Positions 33,435-41,532 of a stretch of DNA of 64,000 bases are shown piece by piece; position 1 is the first letter of the stretch; every line of letters starts with the position of its first letter. The position numbers were made by a program, and so were the translations under genes. Source of the stretch: Bacteroidota bacterium. GTDB taxonomy: Bacteria > Bacteroidota > Bacteroidia > Bacteroidales > SKPS01. The notes beneath the pieces were generated by a model, which had not been told where the DNA came from, searched no databases, and saw only the letters and a list, made by a program, of their open reading frames with translations. The DNA lies in contig JAKLII010000001.1 in NCBI GenBank assembly GCA_022709695.1, positions 24,881 through 88,880 of the forward strand, read 5' to 3'.

Positions 33435-35831
33435 TTATCTTGAGATGATCACTTTTTGAACAAAAGTATTCTCTATACCGGTTATCTGTATCAAATAAAT
33501 GCCTGATGAAAACCCGGAAAGATCCAGGTTCATAGAGCTTTCAGGTTCAGAGATTTCAATAGTATGTTCGATAAGAGGATTTCCCTCGTAACCTAAAACC
33601 CGAATCTGGTATTTTCCCGGGGTAAATTTTATCAGGTGAAGGGAGAATTTGCCATCAGACGGGTTTGGATGCAGGTTAATTATCGGTGCACGATCGGTGG
33701 TTTCAATGCCTGAATCATCAATGAAGGTCACAAGCACCGTATCAGAATTATCACATCCGTTGGAATCAGTCACTTTTACCCATACAGGTTTCGCACCTAC
33801 CCCTGTGCCTGTACTATCCACTAATGTAGTCTGCGAAGTCGAGCCAGTACTCCAAAGGTATGTACTGAAACCCGCTCCGGCATTTAAAACTACACTTGCT
33901 CCCATTTTAAGAGTGATATCGGATCCAAGACTAACTGCCGGCAAAGGGTACGCGACCACTCCGGGCCTCACTATTGTGTCGTTATAGGTATTGACGTCAG
34001 TTTGATTGTTGGGTTGGGTTACGTAGGCATTCAAAACAAAGGGGGAGGAGTTGTTTGAAAAAGGGAAGTTACACAGCAGTACAGGAGCAGATCCTCCATA
34101 CGGTAACAGCATACCTGTCCATGATACCGAGGCTTGTGGATTTCCGTTCAGGTCCAAATGAATCATCGCACTGGTAAGGGTATCAGAAGAGTAGTTTGCC
34201 AATTGGACAACCACAGGTTTGGTGCCCTCACAAAAAGCTGGTGGTGGGTCAACGAATGCTACCAGACATGCATCGGTATAGGAGGTAAGGATTTCAAATC
34301 CAAAGGAGGCTAGCCGGTCCTGTACTGAACCGGAGGCCGAAGCGCTGTTGCCAAGCATACTTCTTCCCGTGGCGTTGGCTGAGGTTTGCATCACCCAAAA
34401 ACCGGGTGAGAATCCTTGTTGTGAAGCCTCCACCACAAAATTGGATACACCGTCGTAAAAGAAGGGTCTTTGCAATCGGATACGGATCCAGTTTTCGCCG
34501 ATGCTTACCAGATTGGCGGTGGTGTTGTAGAGTACAGTATCGAGTCCGGTTGCAAAAGTGGTTCCGGAAAAACTTGACAATGAAGTTGTTCCCATCCTGA
34601 TCAGGAATCCTGAAAGTGATGGACTTACTGTAGTGCTAGCCTTCAGGTAAATAGAGGTAATATACCCTTTTGGGGTGCATCGAAAATCTGCAGGATGGTA
34701 GATCCATTGCCGCTTATTATTTCCCGACGAGGGTTCAAGAAAGGGAATGCTGTTGCTGATGAGGCTTCCGGGATTAAATCTGTAAACTGAAGGGAATTCA
34801 TATCTGAGTTCTGCCCTTCCGATGGGCGCCGTGTTTTCTGTCCAGAAGTTTGCAGCAGCAGATGAGATGATGCTTCCTTGCCAACCCAGCCTTGCCAGGG
34901 AAATGGTATGTGACCCTAAGGAAGATGAAATCGGTGACGAAGCGCTCGTGTAGGAGGTTACACTTCCACCGCTGCCATTATTCCGTACGGCCATAACGCC
35001 TATAATATCTCCTGAATAAATCTGAACAGAGAGGTTGATAAACCCGGTGTCTCCAATGTTGGCACCATAAAACAACGTAGTAAATGCAGTGGTTGTACTT
35101 GTGTATATAGGTGGTGCTGCCGTGAATTTAACCAGATGAATGGATTGCGGATTGGTGCTGAAATCTGTGGGGGCCCTGACGCCGGTAAGGAGAAAATCAC
35201 AGGGGGCCGTGAACCAGAATCCCCTTGAGTTGCCCGAAAAATTTGTTGCATGAGCCGGCACAGGAACCTTTGCCGGAAGCAGCTCATAGATAATCTCAAC
35301 CCTGCCAATCGGGTTGCCTCCTTCTGTGAAAAAATCCACAGCAGCGCCATTGATGATATTGCTCTGGGTTCCAAGCCTTGCAAGCGAAATGGTGTAGGAT
35401 CCAATGGAGGATGCAATCGGAGAGTTAGCTGTAGTATAGGAGGTAATCGCTAAGCCGGACCCGTTGTTCCGGACACCTAGAACGCCAATGAATTCACCAG
35501 CAAGTACCTGAATGTCAAGGTAACTGTAACAGGTATCGGTAATGTTGCTACCGTAAAAAAGAGTCGTAAAATTTGTGGATGTGCTTGGCCAGGTGGCAGG
35601 AGCAGTGGTAAACTTTACAAGATGGATGGATTGTGCATTAACGCTGAAATCAGCAGGAGCTCTCACCCCGGTAATCCTGAAATCGCATGGGGCGGTAAAC
35701 CAGTAACCCCTGGAATTGCCCGTGAAACTGGTTCCGTGTGCAGGGAGGGGGATCACGTTTTGGGATGAAACACGCGAAGGGCATGAAACAAGAACGAGAA
35801 CGAAAAACAGAACATAGTGTAAGTTTTTCAT
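33435..35831 (-). CDS. T9SS cargo protein (putative adhesin) with tandemly duplicated 163-aa N-terminal module, Ig-like region and Por C-terminal domain
   Basis: Start trimmed to MKNLHYVLFFVLVLVS (signal peptide). Two modules share about 55-60 percent identity by eye: ...PAHGTSFTGNSRGYWFTAPCDFRITGVRAP... and ...PAHATNFSGNSRGFWFTAPCDFLLTGVRAP... The tail is INLHPNPSDGKFSLHL...GIYLIQITG...QKVIISR. Confidence 0.8.
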   Translation of the reverse strand: MKNLHYVLFFVLVLVSCPSRVSSQNVIPLPAHGTSFTGNSRGYWFTAPCDFRITGVRAPADFSVNAQSIHLVKFTTAPATWPSTSTNFTTLFYGSNITDTCYSYLDIQVLAGEFIGVLGVRNNGSGLAITSYTTANSPIASSIGSYTISLARLGTQSNIINGAAVDFFTEGGNPIGRVEIIYELLPAKVPVPAHATNFSGNSRGFWFTAPCDFLLTGVRAPTDFSTNPQSIHLVKFTAAPPIYTSTTTAFTTLFYGANIGDTGFINLSVQIYSGDIIGVMAVRNNGSGGSVTSYTSASSPISSSLGSHTISLARLGWQGSIISSAAANFWTENTAPIGRAELRYEFPSVYRFNPGSLISNSIPFLEPSSGNNKRQWIYHPADFRCTPKGYITSIYLKASTTVSPSLSGFLIRMGTTSLSSFSGTTFATGLDTVLYNTTANLVSIGENWIRIRLQRPFFYDGVSNFVVEASQQGFSPGFWVMQTSANATGRSMLGNSASASGSVQDRLASFGFEILTSYTDACLVAFVDPPPAFCEGTKPVVVQLANYSSDTLTSAMIHLDLNGNPQASVSWTGMLLPYGGSAPVLLCNFPFSNNSSPFVLNAYVTQPNNQTDVNTYNDTIVRPGVVAYPLPAVSLGSDITLKMGASVVLNAGAGFSTYLWSTGSTSQTTLVDSTGTGVGAKPVWVKVTDSNGCDNSDTVLVTFIDDSGIETTDRAPIINLHPNPSDGKFSLHLIKFTPGKYQIRVLGYEGNPLIEHTIEISEPESSMNLDLSGFSSGIYLIQITGIENTFVQKVIISR

Positions 35832-36061
35832 TTTTAGTAATTTGTAGATTAATACAAGTGAGAATGACCCTAACCTACAAATATACGGACTCAGAGAGCA
35901 AAAGTCAAGCAATTGTAAATGAAATGCAGTGGTTTTCAATATGTTTCTGCAAACCGAACGAAATTTCCTTTACGATGATTTCAGATGATTCTGTTCATCT
36001 TCCGGCAAATCTTGCAGCATTTCACCCCTGCGTTAGTTCAGCCACTGGATGACCGGTCAGG

Positions 36062-37312
36062 TCAGTTTTTCAGCAACCATTTCCAAAGGGGAATTACCTG
36101 TATAACTGATTCTTTCTCCCTGATGATCTCTTCCGAATCGAAGGTAATGATCATGAGGGATTTTACGGAGTGCAGTGCAGCGGCTTTCAGCAGGGCTGAA
36201 ATTTCCCGCTTGCGCGTTTCTGCTGCAGCAAGGCTGTAGCATACCTGCACCAGTAATTCCCCTGGAACCAGAAAATCCACCTCGAAGCCATTTCTCATAT
36301 AAAAGACATTTTGACCATAAAGCTTCCGCAAATGATTGAAAACCAATGTTTCAATCTGAACGGACTCCGGTTCAGCAAGAAATAATGACAGTAATCCGTT
36401 GTCTCTGAAGTAGTATTTTTTCTTTGATTCCCGGCTGCTGATCTTCGCATTGAAATTTGGGATGGAGTTTATCAGAAAAGAATCCTCCAGGTAGTTCATG
36501 TATTCTATCACTGTGGCGGTCCCTATTTGTATTCCTGTAGATGCAATGATATTCCGGATACGGTTAAAGGCCACTTCATCCATGGTGCTTTCTGCAAGCT
36601 TTTTTATGAGCAGGCGCAAGGCAAAAGGATTCCTGATCTGGTACCGGGCAATGATATCCCCCAGGAACACTTTCTGAAAGAGATTGCTCAGGTACTCCTT
36701 TTTATCTGTAAACCTGATCAGTTCCGGAAAACCACCGGTTGAAAAATAGGTACCGAACAAACGGATCACCTCAAACCTTGAAGGAGAGAACTCAAGATGG
36801 TCATCTGGCTGATAACCGTGAAACCACAAAAACTCCCTGAAGGACAGGGTTTCAATCTCCCTGACCAGGAACCTGCCCCCAAGGGTTGAGGCCATCTCTT
36901 TGCTGAGCATGGCAGAATTGCTTCCTGTGATGTAGGTTTGATACCCGGTGTCGGCCATTCGCCTGGCAAATTTCTGCCAGCCCGCAACGACCTGAATTTC
37001 ATCCAGAAAAAGTATCGGCTTATGGCTGAACAGTTCCTGGTAGCTGGACAGCAGGGCATCGAACCCGGTAACATCCAATCCGATGAGCCTTTCATCCTCG
37101 AAATTTACATACAGGATGGATTCCGGGGGCAATCCGTTTTTTACCAGCGACTGCAGCACACCGATGATAAAATAGGTTTTTCCGGCGCGTCGCTGACCGG
37201 TGAAGATGTAGTTTGCCCGGGGTTCGATCGTGTAATCCCTGGGCAGTACTTCAAGGGCAGAAATCCGCTGCTGGTTTTCAAGGATGATTTTTTTTAACAG
37301 GTTGCTTTCCAT
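36062..37312 (-). CDS. AAA+ ATPase of the COG1373 / AAA_14 + DUF4143 type
   Basis: Walker A is GQRRAGKTY and Walker B is ILFLDEIQ, with a C-terminal DUF4143-like region. The track start at 37345 is a GTG, so ATG 37312 (MESNLLKK) is preferred. Confidence 0.8.
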   Translation of the reverse strand: MESNLLKKIILENQQRISALEVLPRDYTIEPRANYIFTGQRRAGKTYFIIGVLQSLVKNGLPPESILYVNFEDERLIGLDVTGFDALLSSYQELFSHKPILFLDEIQVVAGWQKFARRMADTGYQTYITGSNSAMLSKEMASTLGGRFLVREIETLSFREFLWFHGYQPDDHLEFSPSRFEVIRLFGTYFSTGGFPELIRFTDKKEYLSNLFQKVFLGDIIARYQIRNPFALRLLIKKLAESTMDEVAFNRIRNIIASTGIQIGTATVIEYMNYLEDSFLINSIPNFNAKISSRESKKKYYFRDNGLLSLFLAEPESVQIETLVFNHLRKLYGQNVFYMRNGFEVDFLVPGELLVQVCYSLAAAETRKREISALLKAAALHSVKSLMIITFDSEEIIREKESVIQVIPLWKWLLKN

Positions 37313-37332
37313 ATTTTGTTCTATATAGAGAA

Positions 37333-37364
37333 CAAAGATATGCACAAATTATTCGATATACAAA
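37333..37364 (-). promoter_or_regulatory. Candidate Bacteroidota promoter of the AAA ATPase gene (TTTG-N20-TATCTTTG)
   Basis: On the minus strand, TTTG (37364-37361) is followed after 20 nt by TATCTTTG (37340-37333), 21 nt upstream of ATG 37312. The spacing fits the TTTG-N19-21-TAnnTTTG consensus. Confidence 0.5.
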
Positions 37365-37598
37365 ACATTTTTTTTTACGGATAGCGTGATACTGTCATTG
37401 CAGCATCATTTCGTTATTACCTATTCAGCCGTATCCAATTGCGATCATGATAATTCTGGCCAATCAACGAATCGGATGCTGCATGTTGATTGATGACAGA
37501 TTACCCCAGCAAAAAAATCCATCCACCCACATCAATTTCTGAAAAAAATGATTAAATTACCATCAGAAAAATGATCAATATCTAATCAAATCTTTCTT

Positions 37599-37661
37599 GG
37601 ATCAAGGATCAACGTTCAAATATCAAAACAACAACAAACAACAAACAACAAACAACAAAAG
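37599..37661 (+). repeat. Nine phased heptamers forming the leader of the polymerase gene
   Basis: GGATCAA GGATCAA CGTTCAA ATATCAA AACAACA ACAAACA ACAAACA ACAAACA ACAAAAG, then ATG at 37662. This contains (CAACAAA)x4 perfect at 37632-37659. The first 17 nt are identical to 772-788. Confidence 0.9.
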
Positions 37662-40601
37662 ATGCTCTTCGCCCACTCATACTACAGCCTCCGCTACGGC
37701 ACGTTGTCGCCGGAGCAGCTGGTACACCAGGCCCGGGCGCTGGGGCATGAGGTGCTGGTGCTTGCCGACATCAACAACAGCAGTGGGTTTCCGGAGTTTG
37801 TGAAGGAGTGCATGGAGGCGGGCATCACCCCTGTGGCCGGCATCGAATTCCGCCGGAAGGGGCGTTATCTCTGGACCGGCCTCGCCCGCAACGGCGATGG
37901 CATGCAGGAGCTCAACGAATTTCTGAGCCGGCACAATATTGAAGACCTTCCCCTTCCCGACCGGGCGCCCGCCTTTTCTGAGACGTACGTGGTGTACCCG
38001 ATGCAGGGGTTTGGCACGGCAGGGTTGCGAGACAACGAATACATCGGCGTTACACCGCAGGAGCTGCGGAAAAATCCGATGGCGCTGCAGGGCAGGATGT
38101 CAGAGCGCTACCTGCTGCGTGCGCCGGTGTCGTTCGGCACGCCGCAGCAGTACGAGGTGCACCGCAACCTGCGGGCCGTGGACATGAACACCCTCATCTC
38201 CAGGCTCACGCCATCCGACACCGCGTCGCCGGAGGACCTGCTGGTGCCGCCCGATGCCGTACGCAGCCTGTCGGCAGGGGCGCCCTGGCTCCTCAGCAAC
38301 ACCCTGAAGCTGCTGTCGGACTGCCACCTCAGCCTCGACTTCGGCACCATCAAAAACCGGCAGACCTTCACCGGCAACCGCTACGACGACAAGCTGCTGC
38401 TGGAGAAGCTGGCGATGGACGGACTGAAACACCGCTACGGCGCCCGCAACCGCACCGCACGGCAGCGGGTGGTGCATGAGCTGGAGATCATCGACCGCCT
38501 GGGCTTTGCATCGTACTTCCTTATCACCTGGGATATCGTGCGGTATTCGATGTCGCGGGGGTTCTACCACGTGGGCAGGGGCAGCGGCGCCAACAGCGTG
38601 GTGGCCTACTGCCTGATGATCACCAACGTGGATCCCATCGAGCTGGACCTCTACTTCGAACGGTTCCTCAACCCGCGCCGCTCCACCCCGCCCGACTTCG
38701 ACATCGACTATTCGTGGAAGGAGCGCGACGAGGTGCAGGACTACATCTTCAAACGCTACGGGCACCGTCACACCGCCCTGCTGGGTGCCACCTCCACGTT
38801 TAAGGACAAATCGATCTACCGGGAGCTGGGCAAGGTGTACGGGCTGCCCAAAGGGGAGATTGACGCCCTGGTGGAGCGCCCCGCCGACCCGGCAAACCAT
38901 AATGCCATTACGCTGAAGATCATCCGGCTGGCGGAACATATCGCCGACTTCCCCAACATCCGCAGCATCCACGCAGGAGGCATTATTGTATCGGAGGAGC
39001 CCATTACCCGTTACACAGCCCTGGACATGCCACCCAAGGGGTTTCAGACCACACAGTGGGATATGTATGTGGCTGAGGAGCTGGGATTTGAGAAGTTCGA
39101 CATCCTGAGTCAGCGCGGCATCGGCCACATCCGCGATGCCGCCCTCATCGTGAAGCAGAACCGGGGCGAGGCGGTGGATGTGTACGACATCCCCCGGTTC
39201 AAGAGCGACCCTGCCGTGCAGGCACAATTGAAACAGGGAGAGTGCAACGGCTGCTTCTACATCGAGAGCCCGGCCATGCGGGGGCTGCTGAAGAAGTTGC
39301 GCTGCAGCGATTACCTCACCCTGGTGGCCGCCAGCTCCATCATCAGGCCCGGTGTGGCAAAGTCGGGGATGATGAAGGAATACATCCGCAGGTTTCATAA
39401 CCCAAAGGGATTCAGCTACATACACCCCGTGATGGAGGAGCAGCTGAAGGAGACCTATGGCGTGATGGTATATCAGGAGGATGTGCTGAAGATCTGCCAC
39501 CACTTCGCCGGACTTGACCTGGGTGACGCCGACGTGCTGCGCAGGGCCATGAGCGGCAAGGGGCGCGGGAAGAAGGAATTCCGGCTGATTGTGGAGAAGT
39601 TCTTCGACAACTGCCGGCGGTTCGGCTATCCCAAGGCCACTACGCAGGAGGTGTGGCGTCAGATCGAATCGTTTGCCGGGTATTCGTTCTCCAAGGCGCA
39701 TTCGGCCTCCTATGCGGTGGAGAGTTTTCAGAGCCTGTGGCTCAAGGTGCATTACCCGCTGGAGTTCATGGTGGCGGTGATCAACAATTTCGGCGGTTTT
39801 TACCGCACATGGGTCTATTTCAACGAGGCGCGGCGATGGGGAGCCACGCTGGCGCTCCCCTGTGTGAACCTCAGCGGATATCTCACCACCATTTCGGGCA
39901 CCACCATCTATGCCGGCTTCATCCACATCGCAGGGTTGGAGGAGAAACTGGCAAAGCGGCTGGTGCAGGAGCGTGAGGAGCATGGCGATTATCTTTCGCT
40001 GGAGGATTTCGTGCAACGGGTGACGCCAACCCCCGAACAGCTCACCCTGCTGATCCGTGTGGGAGCCTTCCGGTTCACCGGAAAGGGAAAAGCGCCGCTG
40101 TTGTGGGAGAGCCGTATGCTCATCAGCCACCGGCAGCCGGAACCAGCCACTGCCCGGCTGTTTCCGCTTACCACCCGCCCCTTCACGCTGCCCGCGCTGG
40201 TGCACGACCCGCTGGAGGATGCCTGGGATGAGATGGAGCTATTGGGGTTCCCCATCTCTGTGTCGTGGTTCGATATGCTCGAAACCCGCTATCGAGGCGA
40301 TATTGCCGCCCACGGGCTGGCCGGCAGGGTGGGGCAGGAGGTACGGATGCTGGGAAAGCTCGTTACCATCAAATACGTATGGACCGTCCGTAAAGAGATC
40401 ATGCACTTCGGTACGTTTATCGATGTGCACGGCGAATTCTTCGATACGGTGCATTTTCCGCCCTCATTGAAGAACAACCCTTTCCGGGGCGAGGGAATTT
40501 ACCTGCTGCGCGGCAGAGTGGTGGAGGAATTCGGATTTCCGTCGGTGGAAATTTCACACATGGCCAAAATGCCGTTGAAACCCGACCCGCGGGGGAAATG
40601 A
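37662..40601 (+). CDS. DnaE-family DNA polymerase III alpha-like protein, short form (DnaE2/ImuC-like), orphan
   Basis: 979 aa. It has an N-terminal PHP domain (MLFAHSYYSLRYGTLSPEQLV...VLADINNSSGF), a pol III alpha core (GRGSGANSVVAYCL, FERFLNPRRSTPPDFDIDY, AGYSFSKAHSASYA), an HhH region and a C-terminal OB fold. No imuA/imuB-like genes are adjacent. Confidence 0.85.
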   Translation: MLFAHSYYSLRYGTLSPEQLVHQARALGHEVLVLADINNSSGFPEFVKECMEAGITPVAGIEFRRKGRYLWTGLARNGDGMQELNEFLSRHNIEDLPLPDRAPAFSETYVVYPMQGFGTAGLRDNEYIGVTPQELRKNPMALQGRMSERYLLRAPVSFGTPQQYEVHRNLRAVDMNTLISRLTPSDTASPEDLLVPPDAVRSLSAGAPWLLSNTLKLLSDCHLSLDFGTIKNRQTFTGNRYDDKLLLEKLAMDGLKHRYGARNRTARQRVVHELEIIDRLGFASYFLITWDIVRYSMSRGFYHVGRGSGANSVVAYCLMITNVDPIELDLYFERFLNPRRSTPPDFDIDYSWKERDEVQDYIFKRYGHRHTALLGATSTFKDKSIYRELGKVYGLPKGEIDALVERPADPANHNAITLKIIRLAEHIADFPNIRSIHAGGIIVSEEPITRYTALDMPPKGFQTTQWDMYVAEELGFEKFDILSQRGIGHIRDAALIVKQNRGEAVDVYDIPRFKSDPAVQAQLKQGECNGCFYIESPAMRGLLKKLRCSDYLTLVAASSIIRPGVAKSGMMKEYIRRFHNPKGFSYIHPVMEEQLKETYGVMVYQEDVLKICHHFAGLDLGDADVLRRAMSGKGRGKKEFRLIVEKFFDNCRRFGYPKATTQEVWRQIESFAGYSFSKAHSASYAVESFQSLWLKVHYPLEFMVAVINNFGGFYRTWVYFNEARRWGATLALPCVNLSGYLTTISGTTIYAGFIHIAGLEEKLAKRLVQEREEHGDYLSLEDFVQRVTPTPEQLTLLIRVGAFRFTGKGKAPLLWESRMLISHRQPEPATARLFPLTTRPFTLPALVHDPLEDAWDEMELLGFPISVSWFDMLETRYRGDIAAHGLAGRVGQEVRMLGKLVTIKYVWTVRKEIMHFGTFIDVHGEFFDTVHFPPSLKNNPFRGEGIYLLRGRVVEEFGFPSVEISHMAKMPLKPDPRGK

Positions 40602-40605
40602 TCAT

Positions 40606-40662
40606 TTCCGGATTTTATCGCACACGGATCAAACGGATTTTACGAATTAACACGGATTATAA
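40606..40662. repeat. Short tandem ACGGAT-type 9-10 bp word repeats
   Basis: CGGAT/CGAAT words start at 40609, 40625, 40634, 40643 and 40653 (tccggatttta, cacggatcaa, aacggatttt, acgaattaa, cacggattat). They lie between the polymerase stop and the GxxExxY stop. Confidence 0.7.
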
Positions 40663-40672
40663 ACATTATTAT

Positions 40673-41080
40673 TCAAAACCTGGTCATGGGTTTTTGGGAC
40701 TTCCTGTCGTTTGTGAAGATCTTTCTCCTGAATTCCGGATTCTTGCCAAAATTCAACAGAAGCCCAACTTCTTTATCTGTTGCTTTCAAATAGTTGATTA
40801 ATTGCAGTTCATTTTCTTTAATCAGACACTCTGATGCTTTAAGCTCAACTATTATGGTATCCTCGACAATAATGTCGGTAAAGTATTCACCAACAGTAAT
40901 GTTATTGTAATAGACATTGATCTTCTTTTGTTTATCTGCTTTGAGGCCTTGCTCTTTCAACTCCACCAGTATGGCATTTTCATAGACTTTTTCCAGGAAA
41001 CCAAAATCAAGCGTGTTGTAAACTTTAAAAAAGCAATTCAGTATTCTATTTGTCAATTCCTTGTGCAAGAGATCATTCAT
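40673..41080 (-). CDS. GxxExxY-family protein (PD-(D/E)XK nuclease-like fold)
   Basis: 135 aa. The GFLEKVYENAL signature (G-x-x-E-x-x-Y) and the ...IIVELKA...QLINYLKAT...GLLLNFG blocks are typical of the family. Confidence 0.85.
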   Translation of the reverse strand: MNDLLHKELTNRILNCFFKVYNTLDFGFLEKVYENAILVELKEQGLKADKQKKINVYYNNITVGEYFTDIIVEDTIIVELKASECLIKENELQLINYLKATDKEVGLLLNFGKNPEFRRKIFTNDRKSQKPMTRF

Positions 41081-41136
41081 GGTCGCGGCATGTCTTTAAT
41101 CCATTTTTAAGCAAAATGCACTGGTTTACAATAAAC

Positions 41137-41415
41137 AATCAGTGATCATCAGTTGCAACCGTAAAATCAGTGTTCAATGATTGTTTTCTAATCCTATAAA
41201 TGATTGAAAACAGAAAAACGGAGATTATCAATCAATTTTTTCAGCAGATTTCCCTGAGGGGTATTAAGTATTACTTCAGATCCCCGTAATAAGTGATGCT
41301 AATGGAAGACTGATGCCACCGATACAACGGATAAACACACATTTTATAGAACGGATTCATTATTGTGTTTTTAGTAAATCAGCGATCATCCGTTACATCG
41401 GTGTTGACCGTGTTC
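41137..41415. repeat. Dispersed word repeats: two ~39-bp AATCAGYGATCATCMGTT... copies plus ACGGAT words
   Basis: 41137-41175 and 41377-41415 match at 28 of 39 positions by eye. ACGGAT occurs at 41327 and 41351, and the inverted ATCCGT at 41388. Confidence 0.6.
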
Positions 41416-41532
41416 TATTCCTTATGAAGTTCGCATAGATGCCATAACAGGATTAAGTGAAGTTCCTGCGGTGAACATATAGAAGTCTCCTTTGGCAGCA
41501 TGCAGATGTCGGAAGGCAGCTCAGTTCCGGCA

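Noticed and set aside
36050-36059. Palindrome TGACCGGTCA right after the AAA ATPase stop, and ATACCGGTAT after ffh (24219-24228), as terminators
   Set aside because: Each is a 10-bp palindrome with no loop and no following T-run. They do not meet rho-independent terminator criteria.
37461-37492. 8-bp inverted repeat CAATCAAC...GTTGATTG with a 16-nt loop
   Set aside because: The stem is short and AT-rich with no U-tract and no second copy in the window. It is within what chance allows in 350 bp of AT-rich DNA.
37346-37598. SOS/LexA operator or imuA/imuB remnants upstream of the DnaE2-like gene
   Set aside because: I scanned by eye for CTGT-N8-ACAG, GAAC-N4-GTTC and GTTC-N7-GTTC types and found only poor partial matches (for example CTGCATGTTGATTGATGACAG). 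No ORF remnants were seen. The Bacteroidota LexA motif is not well known to me, so absence is not proven.
38100-40205. 701-aa minus-strand ORF, plus several 60-140-aa ORFs on both strands, inside the polymerase gene
   Set aside because: The translations are low-complexity and Arg/Gly/Pro/His-rich with no motifs. Stop-free antisense frames are the expected artefact of extreme GC3 bias in the real plus-strand gene, which has clear PHP and pol III alpha motifs.
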